Assembly: GCA_050255815.1 (NCBI GenBank)
Contig: JBLMVJ010000019.1
Coordinates: 26 to 64,025 of the forward strand
Source of the DNA: Candidatus Levyibacteriota bacterium
GTDB lineage: Bacteria; Patescibacteriota; Microgenomatia; Levybacterales; GWA1-39-11
DNA: 64,000 nt
Direction: 5' to 3'
In this document: positions 40,804 to 50,091 of the stretch, piece by piece
Layout of the letters: each line of letters opens with the position of its first letter
How positions within the stretch are numbered: the stretch's first letter is position 1
Made by a program: the position numbers and the translations under genes
The notes under the pieces: generated by a model
The model's database searches: none
What the model saw: the letters and a program-made list of their open reading frames with translations, nothing else
Told to the model about the DNA's origin: nothing

Positions 40804-42567
40804 TTAGGGCGAAAAGATTGCGCCCCACTCAACCGCGGTAAATCCTGATCTTTTAACTGGATTTTCTTTTCTGGGAAAAGGAACTTGAATAAGACTTTTC
40901 AAAGGTTTGAAATAAAGTTCTACCCGCAAAAGAACATCCGGTTTTGGCGTGATAGTTAACGGGTATATTTCAGAGATAGTTTGTTGGGTTAAATTTGACA
41001 CAAAGTAATAGGGAGATTCTGGCAGCTTTGTTTTCCAGAAGGAAATAAATTCATTTGCTTCTGACTCTGTTAGCCCCAGCTCTTTCACATAGTCTTTTGA
41101 AAAAGTAAACAAGCTCCTAAATGGTATTACGTAGCCACCATCCGGCTGAGGCACAGAAAGTAAAGCTTCATAATATAAATAATCTAAAGAATTATTAATT
41201 CTTCCATTTGGTGAAGCGGCTACTTCCCAACCATAGGCTTTTGAATTATAGAGGCTGTCTGTTTTTATCAAGCTCCCTTGCGGATGGATTTCAACCTGTA
41301 CCCGTTCTGTTTTTGGGGGATATAAATAAATAGCAGGTTTACCTCCATAAACTGTAGGCATAGTAGCATAGTAGCCAACTGCAGAATATTTTTGCCACGT
41401 GCCATTTTGCTTTATATAAACTTCATTTCGAGTTGTTTTTAACAAGTTAACGTTCCATTTGTCTTTTGACCAAAGGGCAGTAGGATTAGAAGCTTTCCCG
41501 TATACGTCAACTGCAAAAGGCTGGATGTCTGTATTATCTCCCCGGACGTAATAGGGCTGGGTCATTCCCGGACCATCTTCCTGAGTGTTAACACAATTCA
41601 TATGCCACATAGCAGTAGTATTTTTTTCAAATCCTCCCCATGAGTCCTTTGTTCCTATAATAGGTGTTACCGTCTTAGAAAAAGTTGAAGAATCAGAAAA
41701 AGCCTCTCCAGACTTCACATAATTCACCATAAATCCTCTATTTGTATCAGGGGAACTGGCTACTGGCTGCAACTTGGCGGCAACGTTTGGGGTGTACGGC
41801 CAATAACTTTCTACCGGATCCTTTCCGTCTGAATCGTGGTATGTAGAAAGAGTAAAATTATCCGGGAATGTTTTTAACGGAACCAGGGCAGGGGCTGTAC
41901 ACGTAGAAACCACCTCAAGGGGCCTCACACTATCCGCCATTTTTTGTGCAATCTCTTCTGCATTTGTAAGAAAGTATCCATGGGTTTGGAAGGCTTGAGT
42001 ATCTACCTTTACCTGGTATTTCAAGCCATATACCTTAAACTCCTTAACAATATCTCCAGGTTTAGTATACGTAGGATCAGTGTCTCCCACGCTTATCATT
42101 CCATCCATAAAGGGTTTATTTTTATCATAACTTTTATCTAATACATTAAAGTTTATGCAGTTCCAAAATCCTCCGCCTGAAGGACATTCTGAAGCAGTCC
42201 AGGTATCCGGATAATCAATCTCATATCCACCATATGAAAATTGGTACGTTTTCCAGGTGGTTATAGGGGGAAGCGGCATTTTATCAGGTAGAGGCACGGT
42301 AGGAGCTGGCATGCTGGGAATCATACTGGGAAAGATGCTGGGAAACGGTGGCAAAGACGGCATTGAGTTTTGGGTAAGTGTTTTTTTCTGGGGGACCTTA
42401 TCAAGTGAGAAAAGAAGATAAACGCAAAGTCCCAAAGCCAGGAAAAGAAAAACAAGTAAGACTATAGCAAATTTCTTTTTGGGTTTTTTAGGTGGGATAA
42501 CTGGAGCAGTAGGTTCTTGGATTTCAGGAACAACCGGAAGAGGAAGTTTAGTTTCTTCTTTGGGCAT
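40804..42567 (-). CDS. Membrane-anchored surface protein with C-terminal KP(A/V)IYLYP domain
   Basis: TM, Pro-rich linker, WKTY...YP..W repeat, KPAIYLYP...YLYYE...EFISFW...VEWG. Confidence 0.7.
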   Translation of the reverse strand: MPKEETKLPLPVVPEIQEPTAPVIPPKKPKKKFAIVLLVFLFLALGLCVYLLFSLDKVPQKKTLTQNSMPSLPPFPSIFPSMIPSMPAPTVPLPDKMPLPPITTWKTYQFSYGGYEIDYPDTWTASECPSGGGFWNCINFNVLDKSYDKNKPFMDGMISVGDTDPTYTKPGDIVKEFKVYGLKYQVKVDTQAFQTHGYFLTNAEEIAQKMADSVRPLEVVSTCTAPALVPLKTFPDNFTLSTYHDSDGKDPVESYWPYTPNVAAKLQPVASSPDTNRGFMVNYVKSGEAFSDSSTFSKTVTPIIGTKDSWGGFEKNTTAMWHMNCVNTQEDGPGMTQPYYVRGDNTDIQPFAVDVYGKASNPTALWSKDKWNVNLLKTTRNEVYIKQNGTWQKYSAVGYYATMPTVYGGKPAIYLYPPKTERVQVEIHPQGSLIKTDSLYNSKAYGWEVAASPNGRINNSLDYLYYEALLSVPQPDGGYVIPFRSLFTFSKDYVKELGLTESEANEFISFWKTKLPESPYYFVSNLTQQTISEIYPLTITPKPDVLLRVELYFKPLKSLIQVPFPRKENPVKRSGFTAVEWGAIFSP

Positions 42568-42642
42568 ATAACCATTTAATATAGATCACTAAGTAAAGTC
42601 AATAAAAAAGAGAGATTGAATTGATGATGTATAATATGAGGT

Positions 42643-43107
42643 ATGAAGTATGCGGCAGGATTACTTCTAGCATTACCATTCCTTTTCTTTTCCTCTCCAG
42701 CATGTGCTGCTACCAGTACTGTTTCTGTCCACACAGAAGGGGATTCAAACGTTTCAGTTCATAGTGATGTAAAAAGCAGTAGCACCAATAAAACAGTGGT
42801 TACCCAAAATGGGAGCACCAGTGTTCACATAGAGCAGACGGGAAATGGTACCTCTAAAGTAGATGTAAATGGAAGACAGTGGGAGCTGAATGGCCCCGGG
42901 AAAATTGATGAGGAGACAGGAACTCCAAATCCCAGTTCTGACAATACACCTACCATCACTATTCCTGCTGTATCTATTACACCGTTCCCAAACCATACGG
43001 CAACTATCTCACCAATCCTAACCGTCCAGGAAAAACCTCGTACTAGCTTTATCCAACAAGCAATAGCAACCTTCCTCAAACGCCTCTTTACATTTCTGGG
43101 AATTTAA
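42643..43107 (+). CDS. Secreted Ser/Thr-rich hypothetical protein
   Basis: Signal peptide; TATAAT 7 nt before ATG. Confidence 0.7.
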   Translation: MKYAAGLLLALPFLFFSSPACAATSTVSVHTEGDSNVSVHSDVKSSSTNKTVVTQNGSTSVHIEQTGNGTSKVDVNGRQWELNGPGKIDEETGTPNPSSDNTPTITIPAVSITPFPNHTATISPILTVQEKPRTSFIQQAIATFLKRLFTFLGI

Positions 43108-43238
43108 TACTTCGACTCGCTTTGCTGGCTCTCTTCAATAGAGCTAGAATAGAGCTAGGACGTCCAGAGCCAGCTTCTTCTACTTTAAGTGGTCTCTGGG
43201 TAGTGGTAATCTCTTCTCTTCCGACAAGCTCAGAATCA

Positions 43239-45992
43239 TTATCCTAATTCCGGATAATGACACTTCTTCCACTTTTTACCGCTTCCACACCAGCATGGGT
43301 CATTACGACCCAGCTTTTCCTTTTTCACGCTGTCATCCATGGAATCATTCGAGCTTCCTGTATCCCCAGTGAGATACCCACCTGCTACCTGCGACGTGCT
43401 ACCTGCTTGCTCACTTACCTCTGTCTCCGGCGCATTGGTTGCAATATCTCTTCTTCCTTCCAGCTCCTCCAGCGGTTCTTGCTGTGGCATAGCTTGTATA
43501 TTTATTTTATACACTCTATGGGTTATCCCATCATCTATGGCTGCAAGCAAACGTTCAAACATACTGAACGCTTCACTTTTATACTCAACCAGTGGGTCGC
43601 GCTGACCATAACCTCTTAATCCTATACCGGTCCGCAAATCTTCCATAGCAGTCAGATGCTCCATCCAAAAATTATCTATTGAAGATAACGTTACCAGCTT
43701 TAAAATGTTTTCTATATTTTCTTTCCCAAATTGTTTTTGGCGCGCATTCTCAATCTGCTGAGTAATGCCATCCAAAAATTCCTCAACCTCTTCTATGGTC
43801 TTCATCTGCTTAATTTGGTTTACCAGGTGTGATTTAGAATGCTCGTCAAAATTTAGAACGGTAGTAAATTCATCAATTATATTCTCTGAGGGGTTGTCAG
43901 GGTCTGAAAAATGCATGGCAACAATTTCAGAAATCTCCGCCCGGACCTTTTCCAGGACAAATTCTGTTAAGTTCTCTGAACCGTCTACTATACTACGCCT
44001 TAATTTATAAACTATTTCCCTTTGTTTATTTAAAACATCATCATAGTCCAGTAAATTCTTCCGGCTTTCAAAGTTAAACCCTTCCACTTTTACCTGGGCT
44101 TGCGAGATGACACGGGTTACCAGGGGGTGAGTAAGCGGCATATCTTCAGGGAAATTAAAACGGGTCATAAGACCTGCTATCTGTTCCCCTCCAAATACCC
44201 GCATAAGGTCATCCTCAAGTGAAAGTATAAATACTGATCTTCCCGGATCTCCCTGGCGTCCGGACCGTCCACGCAACTGGTTGTCTATACGTCTGGATTC
44301 ATGCTTTTCCGTTCCTATCACCAGTAAACCACCGGCTGCCTTTACACTTTCGTGCTCTTTTTTCCATGCATCATACTCTTTCTTAAACCTGGCCTGACCC
44401 TCTTTCCCCTGGTATTCCAACTCAAAAGAAGACGGCGGCTGGCCACCTAAAATAATATCCACCCCGCGGCCTGCCATGTTAGTTGCTACCGTCACTGCTT
44501 TTAACCGGCCTGCATCTTTAATAATAAGCGCTTCCCGCATATGGTTCTTTGCATTTAACACCTGGTGGGGAATTTTCTTGCGCTTCAGATACTCTGAAAT
44601 AATTTCATTCTTATCTATAGAGGTGGTACCTACTAAAACGGGTTGGCCTTTTTCATACGCTTCTTCAATTTCTTTCACTACTGCCGCTACTTTTGCCCGG
44701 GTAGTTTTATAGATTAAATCAGGATGGTCTTTCCGTTCTGTTGGCCTATGGGTAGGGATCACTACTACGTCAAGCTTGTAAATTTTATGGAACTCTTCTG
44801 CTTCTGTAACCGCAGTTCCGGTCATACCACCTAACCTGGTATAAAGCCTGAAATAATTTTGCAGTGAAACAGTAGCCAACGTTTTAGATTCTTGCTGTAT
44901 CTGTACACCCTCTTTTGCCTCTATTGCCTGGTGTAACCCTTCTGATAATCTTCTCCCCTCCAAAAGGCGACCGGTAAACTCATCTACCAGAATTACTTGT
45001 CCATCCCTGACAATATAGTCCTTATTGTTGTGGAATAAAGTCTGCGCCTTCAGTGCTGCCTCTATGTGATACACCGTATCAAAATCTTTTTCATAAATAT
45101 CCTTTACCCCGTATAATTTTTCAATTTTAGAAATACCATGCTCCGTTAAGTGGACTGTCCGCAATTTCTCATCAATTTTATAGTCTGTATCGGCAGATAT
45201 CTTGTCTACAATCTTTGCGTAATCATAATATTTCTGGGAGGGGGTCTCATCCGGCATGGAGATAATATGGGGAGTCCTGGCCTCATCTATAAGGACTGAG
45301 TCTACCTCATCTATCACTGCAAAATAATGTTCTTTCTGGACAGTCTGGGCAATATCCTGGACCATATTATCCCGTAGATAATCAAATCCAAATTCTGAGT
45401 TAATACCATATAGGATATCTTTCTCATATGCTTCTTTCCGGGAAATAGATTTTAAATGGATAAGACGGTAATCTTTTGCTTCTGTGTCTACATATTCAGG
45501 ATCATAGGCAAATGATTGTTCTGAAATAATAGTGGCAACGGTCATTCCCAGGAAACTAAATACGGCACCCATCCATCCGGCGTCCCTGCGAGCCAAATAA
45601 TCATTTACGGTTACTAAATGCACCCCTTTTCCGGTTAATGCATGCAGATACAGAGCGGGAACGGCAGAAAGAGTTTTTCCTTCCCCTGTCTTCTGCTCAG
45701 CAACTTTTCCCTGTGCCAGCACCGTAGCAGCAATTAGTTGGACATCATAGTGACGCTGGCCTATGGTACGCATAGCAGCCTCCCGTACCAGGGCAAATGC
45801 TTCCGGTAAAATAGAATAGAGGGCTTCCCCTTTTTCCAGCCGTTTTTTTAACTCCTCCGTCTTTTTTGGAAAATCTGAATCTTTTAGCTTTTTAAGCTTT
45901 GATTCAAACTTATTTATTTCCTCAACAATAGGACGGATTTTTTTAACCTCACGGTCATTTGAATCAAATATTTTTGTAAGTGTCCCTAACAT
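43239..45992 (-). CDS. secA: Protein translocase subunit SecA
   Basis: KTGEGKT, DEVDSVLIDEARTP, TNMAGRG, QLRGRSGRQGDPG, SEC-C GRNDPCWCGSGKKWKKCH. Confidence 0.98.
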   Translation of the reverse strand: MLGTLTKIFDSNDREVKKIRPIVEEINKFESKLKKLKDSDFPKKTEELKKRLEKGEALYSILPEAFALVREAAMRTIGQRHYDVQLIAATVLAQGKVAEQKTGEGKTLSAVPALYLHALTGKGVHLVTVNDYLARRDAGWMGAVFSFLGMTVATIISEQSFAYDPEYVDTEAKDYRLIHLKSISRKEAYEKDILYGINSEFGFDYLRDNMVQDIAQTVQKEHYFAVIDEVDSVLIDEARTPHIISMPDETPSQKYYDYAKIVDKISADTDYKIDEKLRTVHLTEHGISKIEKLYGVKDIYEKDFDTVYHIEAALKAQTLFHNNKDYIVRDGQVILVDEFTGRLLEGRRLSEGLHQAIEAKEGVQIQQESKTLATVSLQNYFRLYTRLGGMTGTAVTEAEEFHKIYKLDVVVIPTHRPTERKDHPDLIYKTTRAKVAAVVKEIEEAYEKGQPVLVGTTSIDKNEIISEYLKRKKIPHQVLNAKNHMREALIIKDAGRLKAVTVATNMAGRGVDIILGGQPPSSFELEYQGKEGQARFKKEYDAWKKEHESVKAAGGLLVIGTEKHESRRIDNQLRGRSGRQGDPGRSVFILSLEDDLMRVFGGEQIAGLMTRFNFPEDMPLTHPLVTRVISQAQVKVEGFNFESRKNLLDYDDVLNKQREIVYKLRRSIVDGSENLTEFVLEKVRAEISEIVAMHFSDPDNPSENIIDEFTTVLNFDEHSKSHLVNQIKQMKTIEEVEEFLDGITQQIENARQKQFGKENIENILKLVTLSSIDNFWMEHLTAMEDLRTGIGLRGYGQRDPLVEYKSEAFSMFERLLAAIDDGITHRVYKINIQAMPQQEPLEELEGRRDIATNAPETEVSEQAGSTSQVAGGYLTGDTGSSNDSMDDSVKKEKLGRNDPCWCGSGKKWKKCHYPELG

Positions 45993-46114
45993 AAATAATT
46001 AGAATTTAAATTGAATAAAGAAAATTGAGGGTAAGATAAGGAGTAGGAAATTTCAGATTTAAATTCTACCTATATTTTACCATATTAAGGTGGAATTTGT
46101 GGTCTAAATATGGT

Positions 46115-46138
46115 CCAGCCCCGACTGAGCGGGGCTGG
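46115..46138. terminator. GC-rich hairpin, possible terminator
   Basis: ccagccccg-actgag-cggggctgg perfect 9-bp stem; no clear U-tract. Confidence 0.5.
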
Positions 46139-46261
46139 GGAATACCATTTGATCAATTGGTAATCGCTTTTAATGCGAATCCAATCAGAAAAACTTCAAA
46201 GCTTAGCTTTAGAGCTTAGGATCCGCTGGGATCCGCAACTTTTAAAGCTTAGCTTTAAAAG

Positions 46262-46294
46262 TTATTTCTTCTTCTTCTTTTTCTTTGCAGCCAT
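46262..46294 (-). CDS. Poly-lysine mini-ORF MAAKKKKKKK
   Basis: ATG GCT GCA AAG AAA AAG AAG AAG AAG AAA TAA, 6 nt after SD AAGGAGGTGAT (46301-46311). Confidence 0.6.
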   Translation of the reverse strand: MAAKKKKKKK

Positions 46295-46509
46295 GGACAG
46301 ATCACCTCCTTGGTTTTTGAACTTTAAAATGAATTTAAAATTCAAGTTTATAGGATACATTAATCGTGATAAAAATTGCATGATTTGTCAAGAAAAAAAC
46401 CCTGCTTCAAAAATGAAGTTTTGGATTGAAGAATAGGGAAAAATTATACCGTGAAAACTGCGCTTTTTTAAGCATTTTCAACATAATTTTTGGAAAAAAT
46501 GGCTTACTA

Positions 46510-47775
46510 TTATTTCTTTGGGGTTATTACATCAAATCCGGTGTATTTTTGCAGAACCGGAGGAACTACCACTGACCCATCAGCCTGTTGGTAATTTTCC
46601 AAAATAGCAATAAGGGTCCTTCCTATGGCAAATGCCGTACCATTCAGAATAGTCACAAACTCTTTTTTATCCTTTTCCTGATATTTTATGTTCAATCTAC
46701 GAGCTTGGAACTGACCAGTAGTAGAAATAGAGTGGGTCTCCCTATACTTATTTTGCGCCGGCATCCAGGTCTCTATATCCCGCGTTTCTGCCGCCGGGAA
46801 AGAAATATCCCTTGAGGCAAGACGTACAACCCGATAAGACAGCCCCAATTCTTCCATAAATTTCTCTGCCAATGCAGTTAATTTCCCCAGTTCCAGCTCA
46901 TCATCTTCCGGCTTTGCAAAAGATACCATCTCTACCTTTTCAAACTGGTGGACGCGCAAAATTCCGCGCGTATCTTTTCCGTATGACCCAGATTCACGGC
47001 GGAAAGCAGGGGAGAAGCCTACGTATCTTTTTGGCAAATCTGCTGCTTTAAATGTTTCATCTGTATGCATCGGAACCAATGCGTGCTCCGCAGTTCCTAT
47101 TAAGTACAACGCATTCTCTGCTTCCTGTCCTTTTTCCACTTCTTCAACATTCTGCGTCACATAATAATTAGTCTTATTTTCCGGGGTCCAGTAGCCAAGT
47201 CCCTTGGTAATTTCATTTTTTATAAGTACGGGGGGGAATACAGGAGTAAAACCGTCTTTTCGTAAAGTGTCCAAAGCAAACTGGACTAATGCAAGCTCTA
47301 AAAATACTGCTTCATTTTTTAAATAAGCAAACCGTGCACCGGAAACTTTTGCGGCACGGGCTACATCTATAATATCCAGCATCTCACCCAGTTCCAAATG
47401 GTCTCTGATTTTGAAATCAAACTTTCTGGGCTCCCCTACCGTCTTAATAACCTCAAAATCATCCTCTCCGCCTAAAGGTACTTCAGGGGCAGGAAGGTTA
47501 GGTATTTTTAGAAGTTCTTGCTCAAGTTCTAGCTTGACTATTTTCAATGAGGACTCAAGCCCATCCAACTCTTCCTTAATCCTTTTTCCCTCTTCAATGT
47601 TCCGGTCTTTTGCTGCAATATTGCGCTTTGCCTGCAATTCCTGGACCTGTGTGTTCAACTCCCGGTACTTTTTATCTAATTCAAGTACTTTTTCCACATC
47701 CACATCCACGCCTTTTTTCTGCGCATCCTGTTTTACCACCTCCGGATTCTCCCGTATAAACTTTAAGTCCAACAT
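46510..47775 (-). CDS. serS: Serine--tRNA ligase
   Basis: MLDLKFIREN, LIGTAE, FRRESG, RVHQFEKVE, LNGTAFA..R. Confidence 0.97.
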   Translation of the reverse strand: MLDLKFIRENPEVVKQDAQKKGVDVDVEKVLELDKKYRELNTQVQELQAKRNIAAKDRNIEEGKRIKEELDGLESSLKIVKLELEQELLKIPNLPAPEVPLGGEDDFEVIKTVGEPRKFDFKIRDHLELGEMLDIIDVARAAKVSGARFAYLKNEAVFLELALVQFALDTLRKDGFTPVFPPVLIKNEITKGLGYWTPENKTNYYVTQNVEEVEKGQEAENALYLIGTAEHALVPMHTDETFKAADLPKRYVGFSPAFRRESGSYGKDTRGILRVHQFEKVEMVSFAKPEDDELELGKLTALAEKFMEELGLSYRVVRLASRDISFPAAETRDIETWMPAQNKYRETHSISTTGQFQARRLNIKYQEKDKKEFVTILNGTAFAIGRTLIAILENYQQADGSVVVPPVLQKYTGFDVITPKK

Positions 47776-47897
47776 AGTATTTAAGGTTAAAAGGCAAAAT
47801 GCAAAAGTCAAAACTGAAACTCAAAATTTAAAAGTTTTAAAGATTATAATTTTTACCTTTGACTTGCACTTTTGAATTTTGATCTTTGATTTTTGAA

Positions 47898-48512
47898 TTA
47901 ACTTATCCCGAGTTTTTCCATTAACTGAGGCTTAAGTTTTTCAATTGCCTTGTACCTGTGATTATACAGCTTTTCCTCTTCTCCTGAAAGGTCACGCTCA
48001 TGATAATATTTTTGGATTTGGGGAAGATAAAAAAATGAACGGTATGGATACCCATGCAACAGCTCAAGAAGAGGTTCTTTTGCAATAATCCCATCTACCC
48101 TACCTTCTTCCTGGATTTTTTCCCCATTTGGAAAAACTACTGTTACCATGGTGATAAAAGAAGCTTTCCTGTTTTCACCCGGTAAATCTTTTGCTACCTG
48201 CTTCATCTTTTCAATAATCTTCTCATCTGTTGAGTCTTCTCCTACCCACCGTTTTGAATGAAGTCCCGGCATGCCTCCCAATGCATCTATTTCTACACCG
48301 CCATCATCTGCCAGGGTTGGAAGACCGGAAAGATTTGCATAAAAACGTGCCTTCCCTTCCGAATTTTCAGCGTAAGAGTTTCCGTTTTCTTCAAAGTCCT
48401 GGTCAATTCCTACGTCAGCAAGCGAAACCAGCTCTAATGGCAAGTCTTGTAGAAAATGCTGGAACTCCTTCAACTTTCCCCTGTTAGTAGTAGCAATTAA
48501 TAGTTTCTTCAT
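47898..48512 (-). CDS. rdgB: Non-canonical purine NTP pyrophosphatase (Ham1/RdgB)
   Basis: ATTNRGKLKE, ADDGG, LGGMPG, NHRYKA. Confidence 0.88.
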   Translation of the reverse strand: MKKLLIATTNRGKLKEFQHFLQDLPLELVSLADVGIDQDFEENGNSYAENSEGKARFYANLSGLPTLADDGGVEIDALGGMPGLHSKRWVGEDSTDEKIIEKMKQVAKDLPGENRKASFITMVTVVFPNGEKIQEEGRVDGIIAKEPLLELLHGYPYRSFFYLPQIQKYYHERDLSGEEEKLYNHRYKAIEKLKPQLMEKLGIS

Positions 48513-48523
48513 GCTTCAAGACT

Positions 48524-48580
48524 TGTCATTCCGGACTTGATCCAGATCCTGTGAGACCCTAAATCAAGTTTAGGATGACA
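48524..48580. repeat. REP-like imperfect palindrome
   Basis: tgtcattccggacttgat...atcaagtttaggatgaca. Confidence 0.65.
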
Positions 48581-48629
48581 AAGAGTACAGTTATTATACT
48601 AGAGAGCTACATTTTGGTACAATTGCAGA

Positions 48630-49496
48630 ATGACAAACAGGAATCTGGTGCTGGAAAAAACTGAAGAGTATGAGCTTTTGGATTCAGGTGGTGAACAAAA
48701 GCTGGAACGCTATGGACAATATGTTATAGCAAGACCTGAAAAACAAGCCCTGTGGAAGAAATCCCATCCGGATTTATGGGAAAGGGCAGACGCTACATAT
48801 ATTAGAACCACTGATAAATTTGGAGAATGGAAAACAAAACAGAATATTCCTAATGAGTGGATTTTTAATGCATCTTCCAGTTTTAAGATGAAGTTAAAAT
48901 TAACTCCCTTTGGCCACGTAGGCATTTTCCCAGAACTTAAAAGTCAATGGGACTGGATTCAAAATATTACTCAAAATTCTCCTTCTCCCAAAGTCCTTTC
49001 CCTCTTTTCCTATACCGGTGCCGCAACGCTAGCTGCTGCTGCTGCCGGCGCACTGGTAACCCATGTAGATGCTTCAAAACCCGCTATTTCCTGGGCAGTA
49101 GAAAACCAGAAACTATCAGGACTGGAGCCTAAACCAATCAGATGGATAGTAGATGATGCGCTAAAATTTATAAAAAGAGAAGAGCGCCGGGGAAACATAT
49201 ATGACGGCATCATTATGGATCCGCCTAAATTTGGCCGAGGCCCAAAAGGTGAAGTGTGGCAGTTTGAAGAAGATTTTCCCGAATTGATGGAATCCTGCAC
49301 AAAGATTTTGGCAAAGAATCCTCTATTCTTTTTAGTTACCGCATACACGGTACCTATCTCACCTATAACACTTACCAATATGACCGCTGATATCTTGCCA
49401 AATAAAGAAAAAATTGAATTTGGAGAGATAACTATTAAAGAGTCGGAGTCTGGAAGACAACTACCTACCTCTATTTACGCCCGCTGGAATGCTTAA
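48630..49496 (+). CDS. Class I SAM-dependent methyltransferase (RlmI/RlmK-like)
   Basis: YELLDSG..KLERYG, LFSYTG, HVDAS, DPPKFGRG. Confidence 0.88.
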   Translation: MTNRNLVLEKTEEYELLDSGGEQKLERYGQYVIARPEKQALWKKSHPDLWERADATYIRTTDKFGEWKTKQNIPNEWIFNASSSFKMKLKLTPFGHVGIFPELKSQWDWIQNITQNSPSPKVLSLFSYTGAATLAAAAAGALVTHVDASKPAISWAVENQKLSGLEPKPIRWIVDDALKFIKREERRGNIYDGIIMDPPKFGRGPKGEVWQFEEDFPELMESCTKILAKNPLFFLVTAYTVPISPITLTNMTADILPNKEKIEFGEITIKESESGRQLPTSIYARWNA

Positions 49497-50091
49497 ATGC
49501 AGAAATATCCGCAATCTCAATCTTTTTTCTACTTCCTTGATACGTTTTATACCAGATCCCTGTTTCCTGATCTAAAGTATACCCAAGCTTTCTCACCTGG
49601 TCAGAAGTCCATCTATCACGCAGGGCACCCCCTAGGCCGGTCGCTTCATCACGGATACCACCTACTACAACTTCTCCCCCTAGCTGGTACCTAAACCTGC
49701 TTAAAGAGTCCAAAATAACCTCATTTACTATGCCAAATAAGCCGGATCCGTACCCCTGTGATTGCCTGTGCTTGTCAGCATCTATACCAAATGTTACTGC
49801 AATAATTCCAGTTGCATCATGATGAAAAACATATTGTCCTCTGGCATAGCTGTCTCCAGTCCACTCATCTATCTGCTCATATATGTCCGTGTTAATTACC
49901 CGGATGGGTTCACCCAGGTTTATAGGAGCAAAAGTGGCATAGCGCAGTAAAAGCGGATCTTTTTCACCCAGAGGAACTTCTCCCCGCACCCTAGCAATGG
50001 CTCCTTGCAACCTGGGCCATGCATGTATAATTTTCTGTCTGTTCTCCTCCACAAGAGGATTTACCCGCTCTCCGGGGCCTTTTTCTGTCAT
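49471..50091 (-). CDS. Hypothetical protein, possible GNAT-fold
   Basis: IDADKHRQSQGYGSGL resembles GNAT motif A; KLGY near C-terminus; abuts lysS stop. Confidence 0.45.
   Translation of the reverse strand: MTEKGPGERVNPLVEENRQKIIHAWPRLQGAIARVRGEVPLGEKDPLLLRYATFAPINLGEPIRVINTDIYEQIDEWTGDSYARGQYVFHHDATGIIAVTFGIDADKHRQSQGYGSGLFGIVNEVILDSLSRFRYQLGGEVVVGGIRDEATGLGGALRDRWTSDQVRKLGYTLDQETGIWYKTYQGSRKKIEIADISAFKHSSGRK

Noticed and set aside
46300-46311. 16S rRNA 3' end (gatcacctcctt)
   Set aside because: Flanks do not resemble 16S; better explained as a minus-strand SD. The same applies to 51939-51949.
46173-46436. 87-aa plus-strand ORF with poly-Phe
   Set aside because: The Phe run is the reverse complement of the poly-Lys mini-ORF; the SD and promoter signals are on the minus strand.
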